DNA of 63,624 nt, the filler included, from Chiloscyllium plagiosum (lineage: Eukaryota), in NCBI RefSeq assembly GCF_004010195.1. It is 4 parts of one record of this genome, joined end to end, with 100 filler letters (N's around TTAATTAATTAA, not from the genome) between each part and the next. Parts side by side here need not be neighbours in the genome. Positions count along the whole stretch, not along the records: positions 23,142 to 45,840 come from NC_057712.1; 3 more parts are not named here. One strand, given 5' to 3'. Made by a program: the position numbers and the translations under genes. Shown in pieces: positions 23,860 to 37,004 of this stretch (the first letter of the stretch is position 1; the number at the start of each line of letters is the position of its first letter). The notes below the pieces were generated by a model that ran no database searches, was not told the origin of the DNA, and was given only the letters and a program-made list of their open reading frames with translations.

Positions 23860-25305
23860 TGTTAAAAACAGGTTCTGCAACCACAGATACAGCTGTGCTG
23901 GTATCAACTTCCATGGGAACTGGGTGACCATTTAACCAAACATTAATTTTATTTGGTTCCAATTTGGATGTCGCTGAGTAATTTACCTATTCCAACCCAC
24001 ATGTGAGGGCGCTTTCCAGGATATGCACTCTCAAGAGTACTAGCCTTATGAATTTTTTTTACTCAAGTCAGGCCTTGTAGGACTCTATTGCTGTCTTGAT
24101 TCCGTGTACCAGCAGCAACTACAATGACTTGCCATCCCAGATCCTGAAGAACGTTTTAGCCACTTGTCCAAGGCTCAGCTTTATTGTGGCATTCTGCTGT
24201 GGGCTCTCCAAGGGTTCCTCTACTCAGGATTTACTCTGTATGAGGTTGTGTGATTGTATATGCGCAAGTGGTGTTCCCTAAGTTCATTTGGACAAGTGAG
24301 AGTTTTCATTTCCATTGCAATACTCTGTAGTTGCCAGGCTCCATTTTCCCCATTTTCTAATAACAACACCAGTTGTAGTTCCTGTTTGAAGTCTCGTTGG
24401 GCTTCAGCTAGTAGTCACTTCTGCATGATTACATCATTAATCCCACATACCAAATGGTGCCTTAGCATCTCATTCAGGGTTAACCCAACATCACATGCCT
24501 CTGCCAGTCATTGTAACCTTATCATATAACTCGATACAGATTATCTCAGTTCTCTAACAGCCCAATAAAACTGATAGCATCTCAGGATTAGAGAAGGTTT
24601 GGGATCGTAATGTTTCTTAACCAACTCCATCAACACTTGGAAGGTTTTAGTGCCTAGTGCCTCTAGGAAAGTTAAGGCCCTTATAACCATAAATGCTGCA
24701 TGTCTGCAAGCAGTCAGAAGAATTACTTGTTGCTTTTTATATGCCCCAATGGCATTAGCCTGGAAAAAAAAATCACATTCTTTTCACATATGGGCCCAGT
24801 CTTCAATGGCAGGATCAAGTGAGCAAATCTTCCCAAATGAAGGCATGATGCTAGAAATGCTTACCTCAACTCCAAGATAACCATTGCTGGTGAATGTTCT
24901 TCAGGCATGTACTATTTTCTCCCGTCACCATGGAAATAACTGCACAGAGGCCGGTATCTCATCACCAAGTCAATCTTTATTTCTTGTGCACATTACATTG
25001 GCTGTAGCCAGCCAACTCAGAGTCAGTCCACTGAACAGAGGAGACTCTAAATCCGTTGTTCTTTTAATTTTATTCCAAGTTATACAAATACAATACATAT
25101 CAATAATTGCAATACATCAGAGAAGTAGGGACGCAAACACAATGCACCCCAAGTCTCATCAGAATTAACAACAGTACACAAAACCAGACAAAGTTTTTAC
25201 ATAGGTCACTGTCCCCTCAAAAAGGTACCATAATGACTTAAGTTCATAAAAATGATCCCTTGATCCCTTGGTTGGGCAGGGCTTCCTGATTAACTCGGGT
25301 TAAGG
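23860..25305 (-). mobile_element. Gypsy LTR retrotransposon 5' remnant (LTR, PBS, gag, protease)
   Basis: LTR with AATAAA ending ...TTCCA, PBS-like TGGTGACGG at ~24930, gag MPSFGK..DPAIEDWA..LVKKHYDPK, protease GHPVPMEVDTSTAVSV. Confidence 0.8.
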
Positions 25306-25601
25306 CAATTCTGGTCTCCTTCCTATCGGAAAGATGTTGTGAAACTTGAAAGGGTTTAGAAAAGATTTACAAGGATACTGCCAGGGTTGGAGAATTTGAG
25401 CTATAAGGAGAGGCTGAACAGGCTGGGGCTGTTTTGCCTGGAGAGTCGGATGCTGAGGGTGACCTTGTAGAGGTTTACAAAATTATGAGGGGCATGGATA
25501 GGATAAGTAGACAAAGTCTTTTCCCTGGGGTCGGGGAATCCAGAACTAGAGGGCATAGGTTTTGGTGAGAGGGGAAAGATATAAAAGAAACCTAAGGGGC
25601 G
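25306..25601 (+). mobile_element. CR1 fragment, same subfamily as 1-762
   Basis: Closely similar to ~225-520. Confidence 0.9.
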
Positions 25602-26022
25602 ATATTCAAAAACTGAATGAATTTATGTAAAACTCTGTTATCTCACTTTTTAGATTAGAATCAATCTAAACATCAGGTCATAGACAGAGAACACAGGGGA
25701 CTAACACCTTCAACATATTGTCTCGCTATCACCATTGTTAACAGCTAACCCGAGAATGCAACTTTAAAAAAAAGGGTTTTGTGATTTACACATGAAAGAA
25801 ATGAAACTATCACTGTATTCTAACAGATGAAAGGCTTAACAGACAATCAATGTTTCAATGTATAATTTCAGTTACATCACACTGTAAATTTTTGCTATAA
25901 ATTCTGTGTTATGATCGAGCCCTCCACTATCACCTGATGAAGGAGTGTCGCTCTGAAAGCTAGTGTGCTTCTAATTAAACCTGTTGGACTACAACCTGGT
26001 GTTGTGTGATTTTTAACTTTGT
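25602..26022 (+). mobile_element. PLE pseudo-LTR, second family
   Basis: Hammerhead core at 25934; 3' end AAACCTGTTGGACTA.AACCTGGTGTTGTG recurs at ~42390 and inverted at ~58160. Confidence 0.7.
25931..25965 (+). ncRNA. Minimal type-I hammerhead ribozyme motif (CUA triplet)
   Basis: CAC-CUGAUGA-A-GGAGU(GUC)GCUCU-GAAA-GC-UA-GUG; palindromic AGCU at helix III. Confidence 0.72.
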
Positions 26023-26199
26023 CTCTTTTGAGTAATAGTTGATTATTTGAGACAACTTTTCACAACTTAGATCTCCATGGATTTTATACTGTTTCACAAT
26101 ATTATCAAATTGCACTGTAAAAGAAGTTCAAACTCTGTACTATACTAGCAGTAATCTGAGATTAAGTCAGTCTATGAGCAACCGTTGTGTCATACTTGA

Positions 26200-26880
26200 T
26201 CCCCTGGTGAGCTTTTGACATCATATTAATGCTGCTGCTAGCACCTCCTAACACTTCTTGCATCAAGACATTTGCTTTTTAAATCCTCATTCGTATCTTT
26301 GTCACCTTTAGATTCTTCTTCTCCAATGCATTTCTGGATGGTCTTCCCCTTCCTTCCATCTGTTAACATGATATCAATCAATGTACTGCTACCATTCCCC
26401 AGTCACTCCTATACTCACTGACCCACATTATCGATAGAAAAAGACAAAGAATGCAAATTCTGAAGATCTGAAACATGCGACCCACATTATCTCCTGGTTA
26501 AGTAACACCCTCACAATAAAATTCTCATTTTTTATTCCTCCAAGATCTCACCCTTCCATACAACTATAATCTCCCCAGCTCCACTGCACTCTGTGGAATA
26601 GCTGCACCTCTGTAATGCTGACCTCTTGTGCATCTCTGATTTTAATGATTCCATCAGTTATAAGTATGCCTTCAGTTATCCATGCCCCAAGCTCTGATGC
26701 TTCCTCACTGAACTTGTTTTACTTTTTACCTTCTTTTCACTTTAAGTCAAGATCCGTTCATTCAACAAAAGATTTGGTCACCTGGCCTATTATCTCCTTC
26801 CATGGTTTGATATCACACTTAGTTTTATAATGCTTCTGTGAACCACCATTGAATGTTGCATTACATTTAAGGTATTATAT
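26200..26880 (+). mobile_element. Old L2 3' fragment
   Basis: TTTGTCACCTTTAGA..TTCTCCAATGC..CTGG, AAAATTCTC, GCCTTCAG motifs typical of L2 3' regions. Confidence 0.55.
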
Positions 26881-27294
26881 GTTCTTATGTTATTGCTAGT
26901 GTAATCATATCGAAAGACCACTCCATATAGATGAGAATACAGAAAGGAGAGGGCAGAAACCAAAAGGAGCTCTTTAAAGCTCTCTCAAGACATGAGTGGA
27001 AATATTGGAGGTTAATGAAAATTTATATCTGTTTACCGTTTCAATGTTTATTAAAGACTGTTACGTCAGAGGTTAGTTTATTCCCATACCCTTTCATCCT
27101 CTTTTCTATTTTGTATGTTCAACTTATTTTCCTACTTGATTATTAAACTTTCACTTGTCATACACTTTCATTACAGGCTTCAGTTTAATCACTCATTTTA
27201 GTCATCCATGGATCCCCAGCTTTGGATTGCCTTTCTAATGCAATCAATCAGATCCCTTTTTAACTCACTGAAATGAGACCTTCTCCAATTAATT

Positions 27295-27505
27295 AAAAGC
27301 AAAATACAGCATATACTGGACATTCCGAAATAGAAACAGAAAATACTGGAGAAAGTCAGCATGTCTGGTACTACCTGTGATGAGAGAAACAGAGTTAATG
27401 TTTGAAGTCTGACATGACATCTTCAGAAGAATTCTGAACAGATTCAGAAGATGAGTCATATCAGACATGTAACCTTAACATTGTTTCTCTCTCCATAGAT
27501 ACTTC
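27295..27505. mobile_element. Degenerate fold-back PLE pseudo-LTR within a minus-strand CR1 remnant
   Basis: GAGAGAAACAGAGTTAA...TTAACATTGTTTCTCTC inverted arms around TCTTCAGAA..TTCAGAAGA. Confidence 0.6.
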
Positions 27506-27899
27506 TTTCTCTAGTTATCTCGTTTTATATTTGATTGTTTACTGTTCTATTTAATGACTATTCCAAAGCTGATGATATTATGATCGCTGTTCCCAAGAAG
27601 CACTTCTACTGAAACATAGTCCACTTGCCTCAACATATCCCCAGAAACAGATCTAGAACTGTTTCTATCATCATTGGGCTGAAAACACATTAATCAACAA
27701 AGCTCTCTTGTAACTGTTTCAGGAATTCATGTTCTTCTTTGTCTTTCACATCAATACCATTCTAGCCAACAATTGAAAGATTGAAGCCAGTCTTTATCAT
27801 TACTCTATAATTTGCTGCTGAATTTGCCCATTTGTATTTTTTTGATTAAATGCTGGTATTTGGAACACTTCCAATAGCTCCTCAACACCTTTATGGATT

Positions 27900-28870
27900 T
27901 TTTTTTCTGTTTGAAGGGATGTGAGTAACACTGGCAAAGCCGAGATTTGTATAACATTCTTAATTACCCTTGAGAAAGTAGGACTCAGCTGAATGCCTGA
28001 ATTGCAGCAGTCCAATTATGTAGACACACCCCCAATACTGTTAGAAAGGGAGCTCCATGATTTTCACCTAACAACAGTGAAGGAGTAGTGATATAATTCT
28101 AAGTCAGGATGATGTGTGGCTTGGAGAGAAATGTGCAGCTGTTGGTACCCCTATGCATCTACTCCCTTGTCTTTTTAAGTGGGAATGGTCATGTGTTTGG
28201 AAGGTGCTATTGAAAAATCCTTGCATCTTTTATGTACTACCTCTACTATACACCATTGGTGGAACAAATGAATATTTAAGGTGGTGGATTGGGTGCTGAT
28301 TAAGTAGGCTGCTTTGTCCTTGGTGGTGTCAAGCCTCAACTGTTAGACCTTCACTCCTCCATGCACACAATCTTGATTTGTGCCTTTTACTTTGTAGATA
28401 GGCTTTCGTGAGACAAAAGTTGACTTGTTCAGAGTTCCTAGTCTCTCACCTTCTCTTATTGCAATTGGATTTGCAGGTATATCACTGAACCAGTTATGTT
28501 TCTGGTCAACAATAACCCTCAGGATGTCAATTATGGGGGAATTCAATGTGATGGTAGTTCCATTGACTATCAAGGCAAGATGGCTAGATTGTCTTTTGTT
28601 GTTGATGTTTAATTCTTGACATTGTGTGGCAGAAATGTTGCTTGCCACATATCATTCCAAGCTTGAATGCTGAATGCTGCAAATGGACAGGCAGTGCTTA
28701 GCAGTTGAGGAGTTGTGAATGACACTGAATGCTGTGTAATTGTCAGCCTATATCCTCTTATAATATCCTCTTATTAATATTCGAGAACCTGACAGTTCCC
28801 CAAGATATTAATGGAAGGAAAGTCTTTGGGGAAGCTGCTGAAGATGGTTGAGCCAAGATCACTAAATGGT
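27900..28870 (-). mobile_element. L2/Crack-like LINE 3' part
   Basis: SPIIDILRVIVDQKHNW; 3' tail similar to the SINE tail at 10935-10990. Confidence 0.7.
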
Positions 28871-28882
28871 GTTAATAATTGT

Positions 28883-29196
28883 GGGCGGCATGGTGGCACA
28901 GTGGTTAGCACTGCTGCCTCACAGCGCCTGAGACCCGGGTTCAATTCCCGACTCAGGCGACTGACTGTGTGGAGTTTGCACGTTCTCCCCGTGTCTGCGT
29001 GGGTTTCCTCCGGGTACTCCGGTTTCCTCCCACAGTCCAAAGATGTGCAGGTCAGGTGAATCGGCCATGCTAAATTGCCCGTAGTGTTAGGTAAGGGGTA
29101 AATGTATGGGTGGGTTGCGCTTCGGCGGGTCGGTGTGGACTTGTTGGGCCGAAGGGCCTGTTTCCACACTGTAATCTAATCTAATCTAATCTAATC
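28883..29196 (+). mobile_element. HE1-type V-SINE, young
   Basis: Nearly identical to 5956-6266; (AATCT)5 tail. Confidence 0.95.
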
Positions 29197-29754
29197 AATT
29201 CCTGCCAAGTTGTGTCATTGAATGTTATGGGAATGTGTAATCATCACTTAATTATCCATTTCCCTGTACAAAGCAGCCCAAGGATGCTTGACTAGAAATG
29301 TAGTTTGAGACCTTTGTCCAAAAGTTTGTCTCTGTTAGCTAACAGTTCAATGGTTTACATTGACCCAGAAAAGTTATCTGTTGTGTCAAGATAATTTGGT
29401 TTAGAAATGTGGATGCAGTCTTTGAGCACCTTCGCCCCACAACATTGGAGCTTATGTAGTTTCATGCTTTAATTTTTGGATAAATGATTGGGCTGGATTA
29501 CTGGTAATTATAGAAAGCAATAACTTTTCTAACTTGTATGTTCTTTAGCACTAATGAGGTACTCAGCAATGGCATTGGCTGCCTTGACCTCTTGGTTGCA
29601 GCAGAGACCAAAATAGGCTCATATTTGCTTCAGACATGAGTAAAGAAAGCTTTCTCTTCTCTCCATGAAGATTAAAATTCTGCATGATTTGCGATGGATG
29701 TACATGCACATCAGATGCCATTTTGGTTTCCAAATGCAACACCCAAATCTGACA

Positions 29755-30251
29755 CTGGATTAGTGGTGCTGGAAGAGCACAGCAGTTCAGGCAGCATCCA
29801 AGGAGCAGTAAAATCGACGTTTTGGGCAAAAGCCCTTCATCAGGAATAAAGGCAGAGAGTCTGAAAGGTGGAGAGATAAGCTAAAGGAGGATGGGGGTGG
29901 TGTGAAAGTAGCATAGAGTACAATAGGTGAGTGGGGGAGGGGATGAAGGTGATAGGTCAAGGAGGAGGGTGGAGTGGATAGGTGGAAAAGAAGATAGGCA
30001 GGTAGGACCAGTCATGGGGACAGTGCTGAGCTGGAAGTTTGGAACTAGATGAGGTGGGGGAAGGAGAAATGAGGAAACTGTTGCGCGTTTGTTTCAGGAC
30101 ATGGTTGAAGAGCTTCAGGGCAGAGGAAATGACCTGGGAGTTGCAGTGGGAGAGGGGCTTCCTGAGATTCTTGTAGAGAGAGGAGGAAAACTTCTTCAAG
30201 GCAGGCATAGAGAGAGGAGGAAAACTTCTTCAATGCAGGCACGATGTTTTT
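29755..30251 (-). mobile_element. PLE 3' end/pseudo-LTR
   Basis: 14-bp TSD ACCCAAATCTGACA (29741-29754, 30252-30265); same subfamily as 17245-17671. Confidence 0.9.
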
Positions 30252-31199
30252 ACCCAAATCTGACAGCTGTTTCAGTTCCAATTTTGTATCAGAATTTTCA
30301 TAGAGTGGAATTTTCTAAGGATTAGCAATCTGACATGGATTGCCACTCCATCCTTTTGTTTTATAAAAGGAGAGAGCTTCTGGTTTATTACAAAAGAAGA
30401 GAAAACTTTGTTTTTCTTTTCAAAATTGCATTAAAGAGCAAATAAGTGATCCAAGCTAATTTAATTCCAATTTATTTGAAACATATCTATTCAGAGAAAA
30501 GGTTGCTTTTCCTTAATGTAAGGGTTATAAATGGATAACTTTAAGGAGGCGGTAAGCTCCAGGGAAGAACAGTACTGACCTTCTCTCCTCAATCCACAGA
30601 ACTCTAGTCCTGCTTTTTTCTCTCCCATCTGAGCAAGTTCTGATGCTGGTCAATATTCTGACAATGAAGATCGACCATATTCCAATTCCTGTCTTTTCCA
30701 TCTTTTCTCCCTCACTTCTTTTGTTCTGAAATGCTGTTTCAAACCCAAATGTCCTCCTTCTATTTTGCAAAGTGCTGCTCGTGGTTTCAATTTTCTATCA
30801 GTCCCCCATCTATGGAGCCAGTCCCAGGTTTTACCCTCTCTTATACCATTCAGCAGCAACAGTCTGATTTTGGCCTCTCTTCTTTCTATACTACTGCTGA
30901 AAGTGGATTGTGCTAGCACCACAGTGTGATCTACTCCCATGGATACAACTTAAGTGGCTCTTCCCTCATGGATTTGGCATGCTATGTGTCTGATCATTAG
31001 GCACAATAGACACTGCTCGGTTAGACCAATGTCCCAACGCAGAGTTTATTGCATTTTTGTCTCTGCTTTATTGGGGAATTACTGATTATCCAGCATTCCA
31101 ACAAATTTTTCATTTACATATTACTACACGAATGTTTTTTGTATGACAACTCCCTAGTAGATATTTCACCATCTCTTCACAGAGTCTTGATAGCATCCG

Positions 31200-31945
31200 A
31201 ATATACAAATGAATGAATTAGGAGCAGACAAAGACTTGACTAAACATTTTGTGCCAGCTCCGTCATTCAATACAATCGTGGCTGATCTGATTTTTCCACA
31301 TTCATGCCTACCTCCATTAACCTTTCACCCCATTGCTGATCATTAATCTATCTAATGCTGCCTTATTAAAACTATTCAAAGACTCTGCTTCTGCCATGAT
31401 GTGAAGAGAGCCCCAGTGAGAAAAACAAATTCTCCTCATCTCAATCTTAAATGGGTGACCACTTGCTTTTAAACAGTTATTCCTATTTCTTGATTCACCC
31501 AAGTTGTCACTTTGACTTCTAAATCTGTTGGTATAAGCCTATCCTATCCAACCTTTCCTCATAAGATTACCTACTCATTACAAATGTCTAACAAAACTAA
31601 TAAATTACGTTCAACACATTGAAATCCTTTCTAAATTTTGAAGACCAATACTGTACAAATACTCCAGGTGTAGTCTCACCAGCGCTCTGTATAACAAGCA
31701 TTATCTCCCTTTATTTGTAGTCTATTCTTGCTTTAAACAATAAAATTCTATTACCTTTCCTAGTTATCTGATGTACCAATATACTAAGCTTTTGTAATTC
31801 ATGCACTAGGGCACCCAGATCCTATGCATCTCAGAGATCTGAATTCTGTCACCATTTAGATAGTCTGATTTTTATTCTTCCTGGAAAATAGACAATTTTT
31901 ACATTTTCCCTCATTATATTCCATTAATCACATCTTTGCGATACT
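31200..31945 (-). mobile_element. Old CR1 3' fragment
   Basis: GESRNRNNCLKASGHPFKIEMRR; CR1 3' UTR motif. Confidence 0.75.
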
Positions 31946-32899
31946 TGTACGGATGTACCACATCTACGTATAACAAGATAGTCCATGTCTGCTCACAAAA
32001 TGGCTGACAAACAAAGAAAGGCAGCCTGCTCTAGCATTACAACATAAGATGGCTGACAGGAGATAAACAAGACGAACAATCTGTTCTTGCCTTTAACTAA
32101 TGAAAATGATAGCACATTTGAACTGAGCTGCTCTATGGCCAGGGAAAGAGTCGTTGTGAACAGTTTTGAAATGACCATGCCTGCAAAACGGACAAGTGAC
32201 TAATCCCAGCCTTCACTAATGAAAGAATAATTGTCCCAGGAACTGGATAAACATGCCGTGCAAGATAAAACCCAATCAACCTCCTAAGCAGCTGCACTGA
32301 CACCAGCTAACGTCATTTTGTAGCAAATAGTTGATTCTTTAAAGTCGCTAGAATATTAAAAAACATGGGTTCTAGCTAAAGTTTCTTCAGAGTCCTGGGA
32401 TAGTTTTCAACATAAGAGTAGATACATATAATCAAAGTTCAATAAAAGTATTAAAGAAAAAGCATTTAATCCTGGATGTGAAATAAACCAGCTGTAGGAA
32501 ATGACTTCTCTTACACCCTGAGCAAAATAGATTGCTCACAATCCATTAATCACGAAGTCCTGACAGTAGTAGCTGTACACTTTTACATTTATAGCTAACA
32601 TTATAATAGAAATCAATATTATAAACATAAGCAAGTACTAACTGTCTTTTGTTTTTTTTCTTCATATATAATTAGGACAGTTTGAAACGTAAGAGGAGTT
32701 GCTGAATTTGATAAAATGGAATACAATGAATAACAGAATTCAAGCTGTCCCTAGAGATAAGCTAACCTGAGAGAAACCCCAAGGAGTATAGCAAGTAACT
32801 TTGGAATGTAAATGAATAGGATTCATAGAACAATCCCAATGCTTAGAGATTATAGAGTCTGTTAAACACCATGAGACCATAGGAACCTGGGGTTGCCCA

Positions 32900-35800
32900 T
32901 AGGGATGCCCATCATTGAATAGGTGTCTCTTAGGATTGGGTATACAGAGTAAGAGGGAAGGACAATGTGATCATGTTGTGTATGATTATTAACAGAAAGT
33001 GTATTAAAAATACTGCAAGGCCTCAGCCTTTGACCTTTTCCAACATATATGAGATTTTTTGCGCCCTGTATGGATGAGGAAAAGGACTGTGAACAGGATG
33101 AGCCAGCTGACCACGGCACTATGGTGCAGAAGGCCAGTCAAGACTGGGGACCAAAAAGACAAGTCCTTGTTTAGATTAGATTAGATTACATTACAGCGTG
33201 GAAACAGGCCCTTCGGCCCAACAAGTCCACACCGACCCGCCGAAGCACAACCCACCCATGCCCCTACATTTACCCCTTACCTAACACTACGGGCAATTTA
33301 GCATGGCCAATTCACCTGACCTGCACATCTTTGGACTGTGGGAGGAAACCGGAGCACCCGGAGGAAACCCACGCAGACACAGGGAGAATGTGCAAACTCC
33401 ACACAGTCAGTCACCTGAGGCGGGAATTGAACCCGGGTCTCTGGCACTGTGAGGCAGCAGTGCTAACCACTGTGCCACCGTGCCGCCCACATATAGGGGA
33501 TTTTACAGGGGATTTTATAATTAGGGGGACAGATAGTATCCTTTGCAAGCCGGTTCGGGAGTCGCATGGCATGTTGCCTGCCCGGTGCCGGGGGCAGCAC
33601 ACCTCCAACCAGCTTGAAAGGATATTGGAGTGGGAGGGAGAGGATCCAATTGCTGTGATCCACATTGGCACTAACAACATAGGCAAGGCTAGGAAGGAGG
33701 ACCTGTCTGGGGAGTACCAAGCACTAGGAAGGAAATTGAAGAACAGGTCCTTGGAGGTCATAATCTCCGGATTACTGCCCAAGCCACGTGCCAATTGGCA
33801 TAGGGATAAGAAAATTAGGGAAGTAAACATGTGGCTAAGAGAATGGTGTGGGAAAGAGGGATTCCACTTCATGGGACATTGGTATCAGTTTTGGAACCGA
33901 GATGATCTATACCGATAGGACGGTCTCCACCTGAACCGATCTGGAACCAGGGTTCTGGCAAAAAGGATAAATAGAGTGGTCACTAGGATTTTAAAACTTG
34001 TGAGTCGGGGGAAGGGAAAGCAACAGGGAGTATGGAGTCAAGTAGAAAGATAAGCAGCAGGTTAGCATGTGTGCAGGGTTTAAGTTTAAGGCAGACTAGG
34101 AATGAAGCAAAAAGGAAGGACAATTTAGGGCATATTACTGGAGATTATGGAAATCATGAGGATAAGAAATTAGCATTAAGGCACTTTACCTGAATGCTTG
34201 TAGTATTAGTAACAAAATAGATGAATTAATGGCACAATCATTGTGAATGATTATGATGTGGTAGGCATCACAGAGACATGATTGCTGGGGGTTCAGGACT
34301 AGGAGTTAAACATCCAAGGATTTACAACTTATCGAAAAGACAGGGAGGCGGGCAGAGGGGGTGGGGTTGCCTTGTTGGTTAAGAATGAAATTAACTCTAT
34401 GGCACTGAATGACATAGGGGCAGATGATGTGGAGAGTGTGTGGGTGGAGTTGAGGAACCACAAAGACAAAGAAAAATGATAATGGGAGTTATGTAGAGAT
34501 CTCCCAGCAGTGCTCAGGACCAGGGGCACAAGATGTACCGGGACATAGATAGGGTGTCAGAAAGGCAAGGTCACAGTGATCATGGGGGACTTCAATATGC
34601 AAATGGACTGGGTGAATAATGTTGCTGGTAGATCCAAAGAAAGGGAATTCATGGAATGCTTATAGGATGGCTTTTTGGAAAAGCTTGTGATGAAGCCCAC
34701 AAGGGAGCAGGCAATCCTGGACCGAGTGCTATGTAATGAGCCAGACTTTATAAAAGATCTTAAAGTAAGGGAACACTTTGGAGGCATTGATCATAATATA
34801 GTAGAGTTCAGACTGCAGTTTGAAGAAGAAAAGGAGAAATTGGACGTAATGGTGATACAGTTAAATAAAGGTAATTATAGGGGCATGAGAGAGGAACTGA
34901 CGAAAATCAACTAGAAGCAGAGCAGGGCAGACAGTAGAGCAACAATGGCAGGAGTTTCTGTGTGTAATTGAGGACGCAATACAGAGGTTCATCCCAAAGA
35001 ACAGAAGGATTAGCGGGGTGGGGGGGGATGTAGGGGTGGGGAGTGTGATTGGATAGCCATGGCTGACAAAGGAAGTCAGAAATGTATCAAATAAAAAGAG
35101 AGAACCTATAAAGTGGCCAAGAGCACTGGGAAATCAGAAGATTGGGAAGACTACAAAAATAAACACAGGATAACAAAAGAGAGAAATAAGGATCAAGAAG
35201 CTCAATTATGAAGGCAATCTAGCCAGTAATATTAGAAATGATAGTTAAAGTTTCTTTCAATACATAAGGAACAAACAAGAGGCAAAAGTAGAAATTGGGC
35301 CGCTCCAAATTGGTGCAGGAAGGCTCGTGCTAGGAGATAAGGAAATAGTTGAAGAACTTAATAAGTACTTTGCTTCAGTCTTCACAGTGGAAGACATGAG
35401 TAATATCCCAACAATTAAGGAGAGTCATGGGCCAGAGTTGGTAGCCATTACAAACGAGAAAGTGTTACAAAAGCTAAAAGGTCTAAAAATTGATAAATCT
35501 CCCAGCCTGTATGGGTTACATCCTAGAGTTCTGAGGGAGGTGGCTGAGGAAATAGCAGAGACATTGGTTATGATCTTTCCAAAATCACTGGAGTCAGGGC
35601 AAGTCCCAGATGATTGGAAAATCACTGTTGTAACCCCCTTGTTCAAGAAAGGATCAAGACAAAAGATGAAAAGTTATAGGCCGATTAGCCTAACCTCGGT
35701 TGTAGGTAAAATTCTAGAATCCATCTTTAAGGATGCGATTTCTAAATTCTTGGAAGTGCAGGGTCGGATGAGAACAAGTCAGCATGGATTTAGTAAGGGA

Positions 35801-36995
35801 AGGTCGTGCTTGACAAACCTTCAAATTCTTTGAAGAAGTAAAACGTTGGTTAGACCAGGGAAACTCAGTGGATGTTACCTAGACTTCCAAAAGGCTTTGA
35901 TAAGGTGCCTCATGGGCTGCTGCTGAGTAAGGTGAGGGCCCATGGCCTTCAAGGTGAGCTACTGGCATGGATTGAGGATTGGCTGTCTGACCGAAGACAG
36001 AGAGTTGGGATAAAAGGTTCTTTGTTGGAATGGCAGCTGGTGATAAGTGGTGTCCCATGGCGTTCAGTGTCGGGGCCACAGCTGTTCACATTTTATATTC
36101 ATGATCTGGATGAAGGGACTGGGAGCATTCTGGCAAAGTTTGCCGATGATACAAAGTTAGTTGGACAGCTAGGTAGTACTGAAGAGGTTGCAGAAAAATT
36201 TAGACAGTTTCGGAGAGTGCTTGAGGAAATGGCTGATGAAATTCAGCGTGAGCAAATGTGAGGTCTTGCACATTGGAAAAAAGAATACAGGCATGGACTG
36301 TTCCCTAAACAGTGAGAAAATACATAAAGCTAAAGTACAAAGGGATCTGGAAGTGCTAGTCCAGAAATCTCTAAAGATTGACTTGCAGGTTGAGTCCGTG
36401 ATTAGGAAAGCAACTGTAATGTTGCCACTTATCTCAAGAGGGTTGGAATATAAAAGCAACGATGTGCTTCTAAGACTTTATAAAGCTCTGGTTAGGCCCC
36501 ATTTAGAATACTGTGTTCAATTTTGGGCCCCCTCCTCAGGAAGGACATACTGGCACTGGAGTGTGTCCAGTGGAGATTCACACGGATGATTCCTGGAATG
36601 ATAAGCTTAACATAAGATGAATGGCTGAGGATCCTGGGATTATATTCATTAGAGTTCAGAAGGTTGAGGGGAGATTTAATAGAAACTTATAAGATGATAC
36701 ATGGCTTAGAAAGGGTGGACGCTGGGAATTTGTTTTCATTAGGCGGGGAGACTAGAACCGTGGGCACAGCCTTAGAATTAGAGGGGGGTCAATTTAGAAG
36801 GGAAATGAGGAGACATTTATTAAGTAGACAGTGGTGGTCTTGTGGAATTCATTGCCACGGAGCACAGTGGAGGCTGGGACATTAAATGTCTTCAAGGCAG
36901 AGATTGATTTATTCTTGATCTCGCAAGGAATTAAGGGAGAGTGTGGGTACGTGGAGTTGAAATGCCCATCAGCCATGATTAATTGACGCAGTGGA
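32900..36995 (+). mobile_element. Degraded CR1 LINE with SGNH-esterase ORF1 and APE-RT ORF2
   Basis: ORF1 GD(F)IIRG, HIGTNN, DGLHLN; ORF2 MGDFN, YRPISLTSVVGKILES, KFADDTKL, LYKALVRPHLEYCVQFW. Confidence 0.92.
33171..33488 (-). mobile_element. HE1-type V-SINE inserted in CR1 ORF1
   Basis: Full head, V-domain and tail. Confidence 0.95.
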
Positions 36996-37004
36996 CTCGA
37001 TGGA

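Noticed and set aside
30525..30940. Minus-strand ORFs that first looked like host exons
   Set aside because: GIREGKTWDWLHRWGTDRK resembles the decayed CR1 segment GIxGKxLxWIxxWLxDRKQ; no consistent splice sites
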